Of a DNA stretch of 64,000 bases, positions 60,302-64,000 are shown one piece after another. Position 1 is the stretch's first letter, and each line of letters opens with the position of its first letter. The notes beneath the pieces are model-generated. The model saw only the letters and a list, made by a program, of their open reading frames with translations. It was not told the origin of the DNA and made no database searches. The stretch is from Cyanophora paradoxa CCMP329 (Eukaryota > Plantae > Glaucophyta), in NCBI GenBank assembly GCA_004431415.1, contig QPMI01000057.1:87869-151868 (forward strand). The letters are read 5' to 3'. The position numbers and the translations under genes were made by a program.

Positions 60302-60608
60302 GGCTCTGTACTGTTGTATTCAATGCTTTACCAGTTCCTGTTCCTATCCAGAGCACGACTCGGGTGAAGGGCACGGTCATAGCGAACATGAACTCGGCGA
60401 ACTTTGCAAAGTTCATCAGGGTTCCCAGGCGGGGATCCTCCAGTAGATCGCCTCGCGCAGCGCCTCGTAGACGCGCATGAGGGAGCGCTCGTTCTCCGTC
60501 GCGAAGGCGTCGCCGGGCTCGTCGGGTCGGATCCGTGAGCTCGGAGTACTCGTCCGAGCTGCCCGCGCTCTCGGCACCTGCGGCGGGGTCGGGCGAGGGG
60601 TCGGGCAT
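60291..60608 (-). CDS. Orphan protein, probably frameshifted
   Basis: MPDPSPDPAAGAESAGSSDEYSELTDP...; upstream GATTTTCT motif. Confidence 0.35.
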   Translation of the reverse strand: MPDPSPDPAAGAESAGSSDEYSELTDPTRRARRRLRDGERALPHARLRGAARGDLLEDPRLGTLMNFAKFAEFMFAMTVPFTRVVLWIGTGTGKALNTTVQSPTS

Positions 60609-60656
60609 TCTTTGCTGGTAGAAGGGTTAGAAGAGGGACCAGAAAATCACTAGCAA

Positions 60657-60993
60657 TCACGGGCGCCGGAACTCCATCGAGTCGCCGCGCCAGTACTTGT
60701 TGCCGGAGGCGAGCAGCTTCATCGGCTCGCCCGTCGAATCGTGCTTCCAGGCCTCGCCGTCCCAGAGGCCGTGCCGCCGTCCTCTAGCTTGAGGCGGTGG
60801 CCGGCTCGAGCCGGTTGCCGTCGAGCATGCGGCCGGCCATGAGCGCAGGTCCACTCGGTGAGGTTGCGCTGCTCTGCGGGGGTGAGCCGCGCTCGACGCG
60901 CTCGGGCTGGCGCGCCTCGCGCTCCATGCGGCTGAGGCCCACCAGGAAGAAGATGGGCAGCGCAAAGGCCATGAGATCTAGCAGGGCCTCCAT
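60657..60993 (-). CDS. Orphan with an N-terminal signal/TM segment, frameshifted
   Basis: MEALLDLMAFALPIFFLVGLSRMERE... / GLWDGEAWKHDSTGEPMKLLASGNKYWRGDSMEFRRP*. Confidence 0.45.
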
Positions 60994-61335
60994 TGAGAGG
61001 ACTTAGAAAGGTTCCGACCAGCCCGAGAGCTGCGGCCCAGCGCGGCGCGTAGTAGAGCGCGGCGCCGCCGCCGCAAGGATCAGAAGCGCGCGGGCCGCGC
61101 CGGCTCCTCCAGGTCAGGTCACGTCTCCGGCCGCGCGCCGGAGCCGCCAGGATCTCGGCTCGGAGCAGAGGACTTGGGCCCGCGGCGGCGGCGCTGCTTG
61201 GGCGCCGAGGCGGCGCGTGAGAAGGTCCTCAGGCTCCTGCTTGATACCTGCGCAATCGGTGAAGTCCATGCTTGCTGGGTACCTTGGAAATTGTGGGAGG
61301 CGTCCGGAGTGTGCGAACGTAGCTCCAATGGATTT

Positions 61336-61988
61336 GCGTCATTTACGTCCGCGTCATTTACGTCACGAGTTTGCCGGCGACTCGGGACTCGGGCCCAACT
61401 TCTCCGGTAAGTTCGAGACTTGAACTCGGCGGGGTACCCCCGGTGTCCTAGTGTCCTAGTGTCCTAGTGCTACTAGCTAGTGGTATCGATATCTAGCTAG
61501 CTAGCGCTAGCGCTTGCTTAATTAATTAACCTGAAGGGTCGCGTCATTTACGTCAGCGTCATTTACGTCACGGAGTTTGCCGGCGACTCGGACTCGGGCC
61601 AACTTCTCCCGGTAAGTTCGTCACGACCAGTAGCTACTAGTACCGCTAGTACTACGTAGTATACTTAGTACTACTTGGTACTACTTAGTACTACTAGCTT
61701 AGTACTAGTAGCCACCGATACTGGTACAGCTTTTATAGATTTAAGCATTCATTCAATGTGAATAACGATAATAGTAATATAATAACGATAAGTAATAGGG
61801 ATACCCTATTTTTCCAAGTCTCGAACTTACCGGAGAAGTTGGGCCCGAGTCCCGAGTCGCCGGCAAACTCCGTGACGTAAATGACGCTGACGTAATGACG
61901 CGACCCTTCGGTAACCTCCGCAACCCTTCAGGTAAATGTCAGGTAACTTCAGTGAGTTAATTAAGCAAGCGCTAGCTAGCTAGATATC
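61336..61988. promoter_or_regulatory. Iteron-like GCGTCATTTACGTC arrays in a large inverted repeat around an AT-rich spacer (candidate origin or enhancer)
   Basis: An ~85-bp module occurs at 61336-61420, 61541-61620 and inverted at 61817-61901; outer arms 61488-61540 and ~61955-61988; AT-rich spacer 61621-61816. Confidence 0.6.
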
Positions 61989-62236
61989 ACAGCTCTTACC
62001 TTGCCCAAGTTGATGGTATCTAGCAGGGCCTGCTCCTCCAAGTCTGCACCGCCGCCGCCGCCCAGCGCTAGCGCTAGCTCGATACCGCCTCCGGACTTGA
62101 TCTCCCTGGCTCCAGCCACCTGAGGGCTCAGGCCACCTCCTCCTGGTGAAGCCGGTATCGTTGCTCTTGTCCAGCTTGAGGTAGCGGTAGGGCGCCGGCG
62201 CCGGCCAGTCCGGCCTGTGGCCGCTTGCCTCCTTGG

Positions 62237-62632
62237 CTATGTCCTTGGCCTACGCGGTCGCAGGTCCGCCTTGGCCTTCGCCCTCTGCAAGGGGCCAGCG
62301 CCTTGAACTTCGGTGCCTTGGTCGCCGGCAGGGCCTTCGGCTGGGGCTTCACCGCCTTCGGCTGCTGAGGCCTTAGCTGCTTCGATTTCGGCATACTTCT
62401 TGCTCATAAATGAGAAAAGCGCCTCGAAGTCGGCCTTTATCTCCTCCTTGGTCCAGGATGTCACCTGATCCGGGTCACCTGAGAACGGCGCATCGAACGC
62501 CACGTGGAGCGATTTGCAGGCCTGAGCTATCATTGGCTCGGGCCAGGCCAGCTCGATCAGCTGAAGGTAGATGTTCAGGGCCTTGTCGAGCTTGGCGCCC
62601 TGAGAGACTAGCTGGGAGATAGCGGGCTCCAT
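62237..62632 (-). CDS. Orphan protein
   Basis: MEPAISQLVSQGAKLDKALNIYLQLIELAWPEP...WTKEEIKADFEALFSFMSKKYAEIEAAK; upstream CATTTTCTAAAG motif. Confidence 0.55.
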   Translation of the reverse strand: MEPAISQLVSQGAKLDKALNIYLQLIELAWPEPMIAQACKSLHVAFDAPFSGDPDQVTSWTKEEIKADFEALFSFMSKKYAEIEAAKASAAEGGEAPAEGPAGDQGTEVQGAGPLQRAKAKADLRPRRPRT

Positions 62633-62705
62633 GGTACAGCAGAGCTTTAGAAAATGGCGCCAAGTCCAAGTCCTTTTTTACGGGCGAGGCCTGGGCCGGG
62701 GGCCA

Positions 62706-62769
62706 GGGCCGAGTCCCAACTCCGTGACGTAAATGACGCTGACGTAAATGACGCGGACGTAAATGACGC
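62706..62769 (-). repeat. Three more tandem 15-bp iteron units (GACGTAAATGACGC), between divergent ORFs
   Basis: ccgtgacgtaaatgacgctgacgtaaatgacgcggacgtaaatgacgc. Confidence 0.9.
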
Positions 62770-62894
62770 CGAATTTTCAAGTTGCCCTCACCTGAAACTC
62801 AGCTGAGCGCTCACCTGACCCTCACCTGAACGGCCTCAAAACCGCAGCCCCGCCGCGCCCTCTCCTCACACTTCAAAGCCAAGAGAAATCAAGA

Positions 62895-63161
62895 ATGTGC
62901 ATCCCCACGTACTTCACCTGCTGTCTCACCTTCGGCATCTTCGCATACGTCATATACGACGATGAGTTCGACCGAAACACGTTCTACTTCTGCAAGCTCC
63001 TTCGCGACATTTCGTCGGAGCACCGCAAGGGCGATGAGTATGATTGGATTCAACTGCTCCCCTCAAGAACGAGATCGTACTGGAGAGAGAAGTGCATTGT
63101 AGGCAGGTTCAAGATTAGCTCGATTCGTGTAGCCGTCGTAGAGGATCTGATGGTGAATTGA
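62895..63161 (+). CDS. Small orphan ORF
   Basis: 88-aa ORF MCIPTYFTCCLTFGIFAYVIYDDEF...; no recognisable family. Confidence 0.3.
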   Translation: MCIPTYFTCCLTFGIFAYVIYDDEFDRNTFYFCKLLRDISSEHRKGDEYDWIQLLPSRTRSYWREKCIVGRFKISSIRVAVVEDLMVN

Positions 63162-63276
63162 ACACGTGTTTTACCTGAATCACCTGAGCGCTCACCCGAG
63201 GTCAGCTGAAGTCGGGTGGGGCGCCCTTAAATATTTTCTAGCGCTAGGCTGAAGCACACTCTAAGCTAACGCAAAC

Positions 63277-64000
63277 ATGGCCACCGTCCGCACGCCAACG
63301 AGATCGACCCCGCCAAGCTCGCCTTCGAGATCGACGCCACCGGCCGCATCAAGGCCAAGTACGACGGCCTGCAGGGCCTCATGATGTACGCGCCGCCCAT
63401 GGTCACGATCAACCCGTGCATCAACACAGAGCAAGGCAAGGCGTGGAGCGACGAGAAGAAGGCCTTCGTCATGGAAGAAAACGGCGGATTTTACACGCTG
63501 GACCTCACCGATCTCAGCGCCGTCGACGGCCAGACGAACCAGCCGCGGACGAGTTCCTCAAGCTGCTGGAGGCCCTGGACGCGAAATTCTGCGAGTTCGT
63601 GCAGCAGAACCAGGCCAAGCTCAAGGTCTCGCCCGGCCGCTCCCTCTCCAAGGATCAGATCTCGGTGCTGCAGACGCCCAGCGTGCGCATCAGGTCGACA
63701 AGGAGTTCGGGCCAGGCCTTCTACAAGTACCTCAACATGCGCATCCGCACCCAGACGATGGCGGGCAAGCGCAAGACCGTGCCCGTCGTCGACATGTCCA
63801 ACTACCTCATCACCGAGCGCGCCACCATCGGCACCGGAGACCTGGTGGCGGCGCTCATTAAATCGACACCGCCTACGCCATCCCGAGGGCAAGTTCGGCC
63901 TCAAGTGGTCCTTCCTCGCCGTGCAGCAGTGCAGGTCGGCGCCTTTCGCTTCGCCGGGCGCGCCCCAGCTGGCCTTCAAGCCCTACGACAACGAGGCCGA
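63277..64000 (+). pseudogene. OB-fold single-stranded DNA-binding protein of the NCLDV / T7 gp2.5-like type, frameshifted, truncated by the window end
   Basis: Joined frames: ..ANEIDPAKLAFEIDATGRIKAKYDG...YAPPMVT...FYTLDL...DEFLKLLEALDAKFCEFVQQNQAKL...LSKDQISVLQTPSVR...YLNMRIR...VPVVD...IGTGDLVAALIK/IDTAYAIP/GKFGLKWSFLAVQ. Not present in the ORF track because of indels. Confidence 0.7.

Larger units (their letters stand above)
49850..64000. mobile_element. Endogenous dsDNA-virus-like element (Nucleocytoviricota-related gene set); left boundary approximate, continues off the right edge
   Basis: Abrupt switch to dense, mostly intronless ORFs; YqaJ exonuclease, UL9/OBP-like helicase, OB-fold SSB, small TM orphans, origin-like palindromes; host repeat families A, B and C not seen. 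Confidence 0.8.

Noticed and set aside
49850-64000. Assignment as Polinton/Maverick, virophage or bacterial prophage
   Set aside because: No pPolB, integrase, capsid, packaging ATPase or phage structural gene is visible; classification left open
1-64000. tRNA or rRNA genes
   Set aside because: None recognised by eye; a tRNAscan-SE or Infernal run would be needed to exclude them

Overview
GC-rich eukaryotic DNA with many short (~45-90 nt) spliceosomal introns. A nucleus-encoded phycobilisome linker (ApcC/CpcD domain) and a DXS gene, both with Ala/Phe-led plastid transit peptides, point to a glaucophyte such as Cyanophora; this is an inference. Bases 1 to ~49 kb are host genes, mostly in tight head-to-head pairs: AP-1 gamma adaptin, TMCO1, ADA2, HSBP1, an ankyrin-TRP channel with a 306-bp-repeat coiled-coil tail, DXS, a CCCH protein, a two-RRM protein, SLU7, GPN3, an RVE/LCL-type MYB, a MATH/USP7-like/PAM2/Raf-like fusion in which both enzyme domains look dead, TAF8 and the ApcC-like linker. 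Two dispersed repeat families with a shared CATTT(T/G)GAC end sit polarised at gene 3' ends, 0-20 nt from the stop codon in four genes and overlapping the stop in a fifth. From ~49.8 kb to the window end is a largely intronless, frameshift-rich endogenous DNA-virus-like block. It carries a YqaJ exonuclease, a UL9/origin-binding-protein-like SF2 helicase bracketed by AT-loop hairpin repeats, small orphan and membrane ORFs sharing an upstream ATTTTC(T) motif, an iteron-bearing large inverted repeat, and an NCLDV-type OB-fold SSB. Exon structures were inferred by eye and no database searches were run.
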